A stretch of 64,000 bases of DNA from Camelus dromedarius. Taxonomy: Eukaryota. Numbering within the stretch: the stretch's first letter is position 1; each line of letters starts with the position of its first letter. Positions 12,372 through 23,244 of the stretch are shown one piece after another. The notes below the pieces were generated by a model. It was not told where the DNA came from. It was given only the letters and a program-made list of their open reading frames with translations, and ran no database searches. The stretch lies in contig NC_087436.1 in assembly GCF_036321535.1 (NCBI RefSeq), positions 24,616,001-24,680,000 of the forward strand. The letters are read 5' to 3'. A program made the translations under genes and the position numbers.

Positions 12372-12415
12372 TCTCAAATTCTGAGAGGAAAACGTTTGCT
12401 AGACCTGACAGGACA

Positions 12416-12434
12416 TGGCCACTAGATGGGGCTA
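12416..12434 (+). promoter_or_regulatory. candidate CTCF site
   Basis: TGGCCACTAGATGGGGCTA versus consensus TGGCCASYAGRKGGCRCTA, with one mismatch at a conserved C. Confidence 0.4.
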
Positions 12435-13464
12435 AAGGTCTGCGAAACTTTTTTTTTTTTTTTTTTTTTGGCGTGTGCGCGCCTAAATCTGTAATTCCGC
12501 CCTTAGATGAAGAATCCTTGTAGAAGAGAGAGACCTTGATCATAAATCCCACATGCAATAACAGGTTCATAATGCATGCCAGTGACTACATGTTGTATTT
12601 TTTTTCTCCCTGAGAAATAAAATTTCTCTTTCAATGGAGAAGGATGTTCCTTAACATCTAACATGTGCTAATGTTAAATCTCTTTCCTAGGAAACCTGCA
12701 AACTGAGCCTTTAATGTGCACTGACCAAAGACATCTGGGCAATGTCTGCAGTGAGATGCCGATTGATAGCTTGAGGGACTGAGAATACATAAGCCACAAT
12801 CCTGGCAGCCTGGATAGAGAGAGGGTTATTTCTCCCCTAAAAAAAAAAAAAATGAACATTTGACTTGTCAAAAATGTTTTCTCATTGATCCACCGATATA
12901 GAATCTGCAGGTTAGAGAGGTGAGTTTACCGAAAAGCTCCTTCATTCTGGGAAGAGAAGTTAATGGAAAAGCAGAGACTAATTTCTTCCATTTAAATATT
13001 TTTGAGTGAGTTTAAGAATAAAATCTTGGTGGGACAGAAATTCATTTCTTTGTTGCCCTGACTCTTCCCATTTCATAGCTTTCCAAGTTACCTGGGTAAT
13101 AGGGATGATAGATCGTTAAAAAAAAAGCCTAATGAGAGAATCAACAGCAGAATTTATATGAAAACATAGCACAATATGTTCACCAACATCTCAATTTATT
13201 CTTAATATTAGTCCTTTTCTTAATAGTGCCATGCAACAAAAATGGGCTGAAATTTCCCAATTATGCTGCACTTTTTGGTACCTTATTGTTGATCTCTTTC
13301 CATGTTGACTGTTGATCATGTGCAGCATGTGAGATTAGATAAAAAGAAAAACCAAAAGCAAAAAGTCCCCACACACTAAAACTTAATTTGATGTTGCGTT
13401 GCAATTACTTTGAAATCTCCAGATGTCATAGGTTATCAGTTGATTCGCCAAACTGATTTCTTGG

Positions 13465-13570
13465 ATCTACACTGGGAGAACAGGTGCCTTGTGTGTGTGT
13501 TTCACTCTTGTCTGCCTGGCTCCTGGCATCGTGTATGGCAAGTGTCTGGGCTCTCAAGCTACTTGCTCCA
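13465..13570 (+). mobile_element. L2 3' end fragment
   Basis: GAGAACAGGTGCCTTGTGTGTGTGTTTCACTCTTGTCTGCCTGGCTCCTGGCATCGTGTATGGCA resembles the L2 3' terminus. Confidence 0.5.
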
Positions 13571-14203
13571 TGGGCATGAAGGTCTGGCTATGGGCCCAGT
13601 ATGGAGGGAACATGTTAATTTCTATATTTTGTAGATGTCACACTCTGAAATCTGCCTTCTTCAGACTGACCCCTTCAGAGGCAGAGACTTACCTAGAGGT
13701 CTTGCAAGCTTACCATTGGGAAAAGTAGGGTCAAAATCACTGCACCCCCCCCCCCCAGTACAAAAATGAGGACCAATCCTGCTGCCTTTCAGAGAAATCA
13801 AACCAAGATTCTCAAAGTTGAATGTGGCACAGTTATTAATTTTTTTTGAACAGGCTTGTTTGTTTTTATTACTATGTATTGTAAGAGGCATTTACTCCAT
13901 CAGTATTTTTCTTTTCCAGACTTTGATGGCGTTTTCCTGGTTTCCATAATGCTATATAGTCGTCTCATATTTTGTGCAGACACCTGGGGCCATTTGTAAA
14001 AGGAATGTCTGTGTATAATAAAGCATGTGGTCACTTAGACCCTGAGATAAACAAAGCAGGAGCTCTTAATGAGGTGAGAGAAGTGTTTATTCTCCCATAG
14101 ACAGACTTCTTTGTCAGACTTCATTGCCAGAAATAGATTAATCCAGGAAGCAGATGGATGTGTTCTAGGCTTTGAGTTTCTCTTCCATCAAAAGACTTCT
14201 TAA

Positions 14204-14290
14204 CCTACCTCCCCTTCCCTCACTTTCCCTCCCCTCTTCTCTGTTCTCCTTCCCCCTCCCCTCCCTCCTCCCTTCTCTCCTCTCCTTTCC
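14204..14290. repeat. CT-rich polypyrimidine low-complexity tract
   Basis: Read directly from the sequence. Confidence 0.8.
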
Positions 14291-15519
14291 AGACAAAGAG
14301 ATAGGTCTCTTTCTTTCCCTTCAAGATGCAGTAAATCATGGTCTCTGATCTTCAAATGGGGAATAGTTCTGTCTCCTTGGGCTGCATTCCTATCCGGTGA
14401 TGTGGAACCATAGGTCAAACTTGGGGGACGTACCATCTGCCTCTCAACAGCCGGGCCCCAGAAGCTGGGGTGTGACCACAGCAGGACTGGAAACTGCTAC
14501 CTCCTCCCCAGCTGCTGAGGCTGCAGACCCAGCAATGTGGGAACCAGAACTGGCCTCCAGCTCCTTCTGTAGCCACACTCTCTCCCCGTCTGCTTTCTGT
14601 TGGCGGTCACACTCAGGAAGCAAAGGGACTGCAGGGCAGGTCACATTGTTGCCGCTATTGCTTCTGACAGTTACTTACTCTGGTCAGGATGTAAGGCTAT
14701 TGCGGTAGGGAGCGCTTTTCAGCGTGGTCCCCTGAGGTCCCCTTCTGCTCTGGGGACCCTTTTCCACAGGGGCCTTGCTGGGGACTCCCAGCACTCACAG
14801 CAGCATGGCTCTCTCCGAAAATATGGCCTTGTAGATATTCTCATCCGAACCCCTCACAAAATCCTCTCCTCTCTGCCCCTTGTCTCATCCTTATTGGGAT
14901 GGGGCTCTGGGATCATCTCTGTAAACCTGCTGGAAGACATCTGTCCCAATCATCTTGATAGTTGAAATGGAGTCAGAAAGAGTCTCCTAATATCCCACTC
15001 CTTGAGGACTGAATGAGATCTTGTAAATGGAAACCAAAGGTGAGGAGATCTCTGTCAGCTATAACCTTCTGTGCTGATCACTTATTAGCATCTACATTCT
15101 GTGCTAATCTGATAGCAGAGTCTTATTACAACCACTACCAGGAAATAGTATTAAAAAACCCCCTTCCAGTGTGAAAGTGTACTTTATGGAAACAATGTTT
15201 AGATTCTGGGATTGGTGGTGAGTAATAATCTGTGGTGGGGGAGCAGTTAATTTCCAGTCCTGTGTCAGAGGCAGTGGGTGGTCCCATGCTCTGTGCAGTG
15301 AGCACTAGCCTCCCTGCTGGGGAGACGTCCCCAGGTCAGGTTGTGTGCGGGCAAACACACACAAGTGGCACAACAAGTGACTGTAAGACAATGCTTTGGT
15401 TGTTTTCAAAAGCCAAAGAGAAGTTCAGTCAGCTTTTCATAACTAAAGGAATGAGGGGGTAGAGGGATAAAGGTATTGCAGCCTGGGCATGCAGATGGAG
15501 AGGAGAGTGGCTGCACAAG

Positions 15520-15736
15520 GTGTGTGTGTGTGTGTGTGTATGTGATGTGTGTGTGGTGTGGTGTATGTGGCATGTGTATGTGTGTGTATGTGGCGTGGTG
15601 TGTGGTATATGTGTGTGGCGTGGGTATGTGTTGTGTGTATGGTGTGTGTGTATGAGTGTGGTTTTTGTGGTGTGATGTGTGTATGTGGCGTGGTATGTGG
15701 TTTGTGTATGTGGCATTGTGTGTGTGGTGTGTGTAT
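15520..15736. repeat. long compound (TG)n/(TGTGG)n repeat
   Basis: About 215 bp of TG-rich repeat. It explains the His/Thr-rich and Cys/Val-rich ORFs at 15429-15953. Confidence 0.95.
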
Positions 15737-16639
15737 GCACACCCACACTTGTGTACCTGTAAATGGGCAAGGGTGTCTTCAGAGCATCAGTTAGATGCTT
15801 AACTGGCCTGACAGGAAGTTGACAGAAGGAAGGTCTTAGGAGCCAATACTGAGAAGGTTTGATAAATAGTGAATGCTGAGTCATACTGGTTTCTTTCAAA
15901 ACCTGTTTCCCATCACAAAAGTAGTGCCTGCTTGTATCATAAAATGAAGACACTGTGAAAGGTTCCTAGGATGGGGCGGTGTGTTTCCATTCCTGTCCTG
16001 GCTGTGTGAGTTCAAACTTGCTCCGTCTAATTCCACCCCGGCCCAGAGCAGGGCTTCCTTTCACACTGTGTCCAATCTTTAGTGCTCACGTCTGGCCTGA
16101 TAGGGGGCAAGGTGGTGGCTATCGAATGTCTAGTGTCGTTGGACCAGGTCCTGGGAGTTTTCCCCAGAAAGCAGGTGGGGAGGTGGGTGTGGGGCAGCAC
16201 TGGATAGACTTGGGGGTGTAGGTCAGTGTCACTTCAAGATGGACACCCCTGGGTGACAGACCACACTTGGCCGTGGGTGGAGCTCACTGTGGAGTGAGGA
16301 GAAGAGCCCTGTCAGCCTCCTGCCCTCCACAGAGCTTGCCAGATTCCCTCCTGTGGGGTCACAGCCTCTCCTGTCCTCCTCTCCCGTCTGCAGCAGTGTC
16401 TCTGCATCTTCTCCACCCGTTGGTCCTTTCCTCCCAGTCTCGCTCAGTCTTAAACCTTTGCTCTGTTACCATATGGCAAAATCTTCCCACCCTAAATCAA
16501 TTACTTGCCACATTTTTCTTGTTCTATTGTGTGTGACTCATGCCTGGTTACCAGTAAAGGGTTTTGGTGCATCTAGTTAGGAGGAGAAACCTACTGATCA
16601 ACCCTCTATGGATAACATAAGAGTGAAAGCCCTTCATTA

Positions 16640-16842
16640 CACCATCCCTTAGAGAGAATCCCTGTGTCCATTTGCTATGTATTCTTCCGTATTATTCTAG
16701 GCACATATGGGCAAATAAGACATGCAATTATGGCTGTATTGTTTACTGAAACAGGATCTTACTACACGGACTCTTCTGCATTGTGTGGTTTTCACTTAAC
16801 ACATCTTGGACGTCTTTCCAAATTGTTAGCCGTAGATCAACC
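16640..16842 (-). mobile_element. ancient L1 (L1ME-like) 3' fragment
   Basis: AAACAGGATCTTACTACACGGACTCTTCTGCATTGTGTGGTTTTCACTTAAC resembles an old L1 3' UTR in antisense. Confidence 0.5.
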
Positions 16843-19479
16843 TATAATCCCTGGGGGAGGAGGAGAATGGTACTTCGGGAAAGATGCTCTGGCAATTCTG
16901 ATAGGGAATCCTCCCCCACTCCCGGGTGCTGTCGGGCAAACCCCTGTGATCAGTACCCTCACTCCTTTGCTAGGTGCCCATGGGGCTGTGCCCAATGCCG
17001 TATCAACACCCTCACTGTCACTTTTTTGGATTTAAAAAATGTCCTCTAATCCCTTTCAAAATCTCTCTCTTTCCCTTTCTTTCCCTCTCTCCTTTCCTTC
17101 CCTCCCACTTTTCTTTCTCTCTTTACAATTAAAAAAGCCACTGCGTATCAGGGATCTCCTTAATGGGGAAAAGAACCACAGAAAGGCTGTTCTCTACTTT
17201 TCCTTTCCTGTAGATAGGACCCTCACTGAACTCTGATCTCCCTGAGGAGGGAGGGGACACATTAAAAATGCCCCCTGCATCTCTGAATGTGATGGTGCTG
17301 CGGGGCTGAGGAGAAGCCGGGGAGGAGCTTGCTTGGCAGGGACCCTCGGGACTGAGCTGAGGCTCCTCTGAATCCTTGGAAAACAGCATTTCTCTTCAGT
17401 CACTGCTATCAGGTTTCTCACAAGATGCATCTGTGCTTCTAAGAGCATAGCAGGAGAGCATGCACATGGCACTGGAGCAGTGATGGGATGCCTGTGATTC
17501 CATCACATCACTAAAGCAGTGCGTGGGACAGGAGCCAAGCTAGCACCTGGCTTCCCTGTCCTCCCCCAAGCCCTGTTGCTTGATCTTTCATATTCTTGCC
17601 TTTAATAATCTGGGGGTAGTGCCTCTAACTCATGCGGCCTCCATCCTCACGTAACCTCTTTTATAATCTTCATAGTCGGGGGCACCATTGGAATTCCAGC
17701 TTTTCCCTGAAACAAGGGACATAGTTCAGCACATATCTCTCTATCTTCAATATTCTGTCTCTGATCAGTAAGGAAACATTTTTGACAAGCCTGATACTCA
17801 ATTTTGAGGAGGAAAACGACCTTCTTGAGCTTGGAGAGCAAAGATTTCTGTGCCACGGCGAGAAGACACTGGCTTTCACCCTGAACTTGTGGAAGGAGAT
17901 TTTTAGGGTAATGGACACTTGGCCTCTGTGACAGCTTCTTTCTACAAGGGCTTTCTTCTTAGGCTCAAATATCCAAGCTAGTAGCAAACATTACAACCCA
18001 TGACACCAGCAATCACAGAGAAGAAAAAAGAAGAGCAAATGATGCCCTTTGATTTTCTTAGGAATAAGGGACATGGTTATATTATGAGGTTTCAGAAGGA
18101 GTTATTTGGACCCTTGAACAGGATTTCCATTTGGGGGAAGGTAAATTCCCTGGTGAATCTCAAGGAGCAGTTGGAATTTGAAGACTTTATTCAACTGCTT
18201 ATTAAGATAGAGTCTCTGTTCACCTCAATTTTCCTATTCCTCCTGGTTTGAGATCAGAAGATATTGTAGACACCCAGGAGCCAGATGCCAGTTCCCAGTA
18301 CAAAGAAGGTAGATTTGAAACCCTCTGTGGACCATCCCACTTCCTGTTCTCAAGATGCTTGGGATGCAGTACAAGAAACCATGGTCAGACAGAATCTTCA
18401 TTATGGGCTTCCAGTTAAATGGGAAGTGCACACACAGCATTTTTTCACTCCCAGGAGACACAGAAGGGAGTTTGGGAGGAATCCATGAACCGCTCAGAAG
18501 TCTATATTTCCAAGACATTTGGAGGAAGAGCCTTCTCTCTGGGGGCAGACTAATTCCAACCTTGGGGCAGATATACTGAAATGATTGACTGGGAGTGTGG
18601 ATAACTATTCAGGGTCTGAAAAAAAGAAAGCCAGGGCTTACCAACTAAGAAATGAACTGGTCCTTGTTAGAAATCAATACATTGAATGGAACTGAGCTGG
18701 TAGATTAAGCCCCAGCCAATCGGGGCCTGGGGTTTGGGCACCTGCGTTTATCAGCTCTGAGTCTAGTTTTGTTCAGTGATAATCTGAGAGTAGTTCTGCA
18801 TGCTGATTGGCTGGGGAGGTTCTCTTCTGCAATGAGAAGATAATCAATCATGTTACTGGCTTTTGTCTTGGCGAAGGTATTTAGATTTCAGCCAGCTGGT
18901 GAGCTGCCTCAAGGCCACCTGCTTGACTGAAAAATAAAGCATCGGTCTCTTTCCCTTTGCAAGGAGAAGGGAGGAAGTATTGACTTGTGTGATAATTTTA
19001 GGTGGATGATTACATTTGGCCTCTTAGGCTCCAGCTGAAAATTCAATTCAGATGACTGCTTTTTCTTTTCATACACCGTTGAGCAATCCTGTGTACTGCC
19101 ATGGCTAATGTTCTTGATACTGACTGTCCCTTCACTTTAACAAAGCACAGAATCCCTGGCCCACTCTCTATTTCATGTGCCTCCCGGCTACTGGAACATA
19201 ATAAGGAAATGCACTCTTTCTGTGTAAGTTAAGAATAAGAACCTTACACAGACATGTGCAGAGAGGCTCTCCAGGAAACAAAATTGCTCTGTAGGAGAGA
19301 GTCAGAACAGTGAAGATGTCTCTGATAATAGTTTATAAAATCTACTAGTTTCCTCTGGTGCATTTCACATTTACAGGGCAATTGGTCATGCTTCTGGTGC
19401 CATTTGGCTGAAACATCACAATCTCAGATGCCAAAGTAGCAAGCAGCTTCCCTGTGTATGAGTTAGCCCCAAATTGGAG

Positions 19480-19712
19480 AGGTGTTCTTGACTCCCTCAT
19501 TACCCATATCAAATACATCAGCAAACCCTGCCATTCTATCTGTATAACACATCTCCAAACTTCCCGCTTCTCTCCATCGTCACTAATTACCACCCAGTAA
19601 AAGCCTCCCTCGTCTCTCACCTGGATCATGGCAGTTGCCTCCTAAGTGACCTCCCTGGTTCCGGTTTTGCGTTCCAAAATCCACTGCCTTCACAGCAGCC
19701 AGGGTACTCTTT
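19480..19712 (+). mobile_element. L2 LINE, 5' part (interrupted by L1)
   Basis: CTCTCACCTGGATCATGGCAGTTGCCTCCTAAGTGACCTCCCTG...CACAGCAGCCAG is typical L2 sequence. Confidence 0.75.
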
Positions 19713-20204
19713 CTTCTTCTTTTTGATTTGGAAATTAGTTTATTTTTAATTGTTTTAAAATTGAAGTATAGTTGATTAACCATGTTGTGTTAATTTCTGA
19801 TATACAGCAAAGTGATTCAGTTATACATATATATATATATATTCTTTTCCATTATAGGCTAATACAATACATTGAATACAGTTCCCTGTGCTCTACAGTA
19901 GGACCTTGTTGTTTATCTATTTTGTATACAGTAGTGTGTATCTGCTAATCCCAAACTCCTAATTTATCCCTCCTAGCCCCCTTTCCCCTTTGGTAACTAT
20001 AAGTTTGTTTTCTATGTCTGTGAGTCTGTTTCAGTTTTGTAAATGAGTTCATTTGTGTCATTTTTTTAGATTCCACATATAAGTGATATTGTATTTGTCT
20101 TTCTCTGTCTGCCTTACTTCACTTAGTATGATCATCTCTAGGTCGATACTAGATGGTTCCTGCAAATGGCATTATTTCACTCTTTTTTATGGCTGAGTAG
20201 CTAC
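19713..20204 (-). mobile_element. 5'-truncated L1 nested in L2
   Basis: L1 3' UTR with TSD GGTACTCTTT at 19703-19712 and 20205-20214. Confidence 0.92.
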
Positions 20205-20725
20205 GGTACTCTTTTTAAAAAACAATTAGGTCACAAATTCCCCACTATTAAGAACTAATAGCTTCCCATCACAGGCCAAAATGAAGCTCTCCAATGGGGT
20301 CTTCAGGACCTCATGAGATCTGGCCTCTGCCCACCTGTCTGACCTCATCTCCAACCTCTCTTCTCTCCCTCATCCTGCTCTTGCTGGGTCTTGAAAACAT
20401 CAAGTTCCCTTCCACCTTAGGACCTTTGCACTAAGTGTTTCCTGTGTCCAGAATGTTCTTCCCTTAGTCAAGACCTCACAGGGTCATCTTTTTTTTTTTT
20501 TCTGGTTTCAACTTAAAAGTCAACTCCTCAGAGAATCTTTCTTGATCAATGTAAACTAAAGTAGTCCAGTCTTTCTGTATTATATTACCCTGTTTTATCT
20601 TCAAAATAGCACTAAACACTACCATACGTTTTTTTCTTGTGTATTTGTTTATTGCTTGTCTGTTGTATTCAGAGTATACCCAGTGCCTAGAATAGTGTTT
20701 TGTAAATGGTTACCTAGTAAATAAT
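20205..20725 (+). mobile_element. L2 LINE, 3' part
   Basis: Contains GATCTGGCCTCTGCCCACCTGTCTGACCTCATCTCC...GGACCTTTGCAC...CCCAGTGCCTAGAATAGTG. Confidence 0.75.
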
Positions 20726-22267
20726 GGAGCCAAGCCTGGAGGAGAAGAGACTTTTCTAAGTGACACAGGACTAGGCTGCTTTAGGTGTGGCCCTATCAGA
20801 AATTAGGGAATGGGGGTGAATGACTTTTTGCAGGTTTATTTTTGATCCATGTTCTGAACTTCTAAGTTATCAGATACTTTCTGAGGCCCAATGTCTGCAG
20901 TGCTGTTAAGTGTATTCAAACAATGACAACCTCTCATCTTCAGGAGGTAAGAGATTGACCTCATTCTCAGCTGATCTGATCAACTGAAAAGCAAAATGTG
21001 CCATTAATTTTAGGATCCATTATATGTGACATTTTTGTCTTGCAAAAGGTTAGGGGTCAATAGGAGAACTGGAGACGCTTGCTAACCCATGTATCTTTTT
21101 TCACATTTGGAAATTAGTTGGCACTGGGGACAGTCTGTGTCTCACCCTGATTTGAGGTCTGGGTCTTACTTTTCCAGGAAGGGCTGGTACCTATGCTGTG
21201 TCCTCAAGTGTCTAAAATATCTTATTCATGCATAAACAAAGGGCAGGCGTGATTCAGACAGGATGAATCCCTGAACCTCACAGACAGGAGAAAAATGTAG
21301 AGTTGTGATACTTAAAACATTTCTCAGCCTCTGTTGTCAGGGCTGGTTCCCACTTCAGCACATTTCTGAAATGAACTCTGCTATGGCTGGGTCAGTGACA
21401 CCATAAAAAAGAATTCTGCAATTAAAAAGGCTTAGAGGGATCAATGGAAAGATAGCCTTTTTTTTTTTTTTTTTTTTTTTCACCCCAAACCAAGTCACTT
21501 AAAGAAGTAAACTCAGTAGAAGTACTTCCTTACATCAGTTTTACCGTCAGTCAAAATGAAGGCATCCAGGCTGGGAAGAACCGCCATTTGAGGAACTCTG
21601 AAGGGCAGTTTTTAGAACTTGGCCTTTGCTTGGGAAAACATTTTAACGTGATGAAGGCATTCATGCAGTGACTGCAGTGGTCCTTAAAGTTTGATAGTTT
21701 ACAGAGAAAGATAATGGGATTAGGAAGTAAGATACAGATGAAACAGCTCATTGGAAAAGTCCTACCTTTCATGAACAGCTAGAAGCCTTACTATTTCAAT
21801 TTACCAGCTGGTTGGTACTGATTTAACATATTATCATAAAAGAAAACAATCACCTCCACCAATTCACATAATATTCAGTGTACATTTCTACCTTTGACGC
21901 AGCCGGGCCTCAGGACTTAGATTTCGCTGGCTGTTTAATAAATCTACCAAAATACCCCAAATCAGACACAACAAAATGAATGAAAAAGGAGCAAGAGTCA
22001 CTAGTGTCTGGAGCCCTCTTAGTGTTCCAAGGAAGCAGCTATTTTCATGAGCCATCCTGTAATGATAAGTGACTTCAGGAGTTGACAGAAGTCCAGCCTC
22101 TCACTTGAATGGAAAGCCATTAAGATCCATAATGAGAGAGTATCCCATGGGAGGAATTTTAAATCAGAAAGTTGATTGGTTCTTTCTGATGGTTTGCGAT
22201 TACTGAATTACACGCATACACACAGAGCAAAAATGGCCACAGAACTCTGTGAGGGGACAGAATGGAA

Positions 22268-22395
22268 AGTTTAGAGAGTATTTGAGCTGGAAGAGCTTAG
22301 AGAGCATCCAACCTCAACTCCCTCCTTTTGCCAACGAGGAAACTGAGACCTGAAAAGTTTAAATGATGTGCCAAGCACCATGCAGATCATTAACA
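22268..22395 (-). mobile_element. MIR SINE fragment
   Basis: GAGGAAACTGAGACCTGAAAAGTTTAAATGATGTGCCAAG is an antisense MIR core. Confidence 0.7.
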
Positions 22396-22539
22396 ATTAA
22401 GTGAGTGCTAGCACCTGAGTGTGTGAAACAGTCTTTCTAGACAGAATGGAAAAGTAGAAAAAAGCCCCATTATTTCTAATGCTGATGATATTGTCTTTTA
22501 AATGTCTTTCTGCTACGAGATGGCATATGTGTGAAGGGC

Positions 22540-22735
22540 TGTGACGTCTGAGGTTGAACACAGGATCTTCTACTCTTAGCTGTCTGATTGTAGGTAAATC
22601 ATTTAACCAGTCTGGGTTCCTGCTCCCTGATCTTTGGAGAGTACAAACACAGGCAGTGGTGAGCTTTAGAGACAATGTGTGCAAAAGCTAGTGTACACTA
22701 GACACTTGGTAAATGGTAGCTGTTCTTATTATATT
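22540..22735 (+). mobile_element. MIR SINE
   Basis: Contains TAGGTAAATCATTTAACC and the 3' end GTAAATGGTAGCTGTTCTTATTAT. Confidence 0.6.
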
Positions 22736-22747
22736 AGAGGAAATATT

Positions 22748-22985
22748 GGTTACTAGTGGAGAGAATAGGTGCCAGAGTCAGACTGACAGGTCTCGAATCC
22801 TGCCTCCACCACTTCCTAGTCCTGGGACCTCATTAGTTCTGTAAGCCTTGGGTCCTTCTCTTTTAAAATAGGAGAAACAAAATACTTACTTCAGAGGGCT
22901 GTTGTGGAAAATTAATAATATAATTCGTGGAACATGTGTAACAGCATTGCACATTGAAAAGTTTGATAAACACTGGCTATTACGA
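22748..22985 (+). mobile_element. MIR SINE
   Basis: Contains AGAGTCAGACTGACAGGTCTCGAATCCTGCCTCCACCACTTCCTAG...TACTTCAGAGGGCTGTTGTG. Confidence 0.75.
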
Positions 22986-23020
22986 TAATTATTTTATATT
23001 TTGCTGTAGAGGATATAGGG

Positions 23021-23244
23021 CAGGAGTCAGTAGACTTTTCCTGTAAAGGATCAAGTCATTAATATCTTGGGCTTTGCATGCCATAAGGGCTCTGTCGCAA
23101 ATACTCAACTCTGCTATTATAGCAAGAAAGCAGCCGTAGACAATATGTAAATGAATATGTATGGTTGTGTTTCAGTAAAACTTTATTTACAAAAACAGGC
23201 AGTGGGCCAGACTTGGCCTGTGAGCCATATTTTATCAACTCCTG
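23021..23244. mobile_element. MER58A hAT-Charlie MITE, full length
   Basis: Terminal inverted repeats CAGGAGT...ACTCCTG. The body matches the recalled MER58A (CTCAACTCTGC, AAAACTTTATTTACAAAAACAGGC). The 8-bp TSD reads ATATAGGG / ATAAAGGG. Confidence 0.9.

Noticed and set aside
15429..15953. His/Thr-rich 174-aa ORF and overlapping Cys/Val-rich ORFs
   Set aside because: These are translations of the TG/CA repeat.
17647..17987. Overlapping minus-strand ORFs with a GTGAGG donor-like end
   Set aside because: No recognisable protein in the frames I read and no convincing acceptor.
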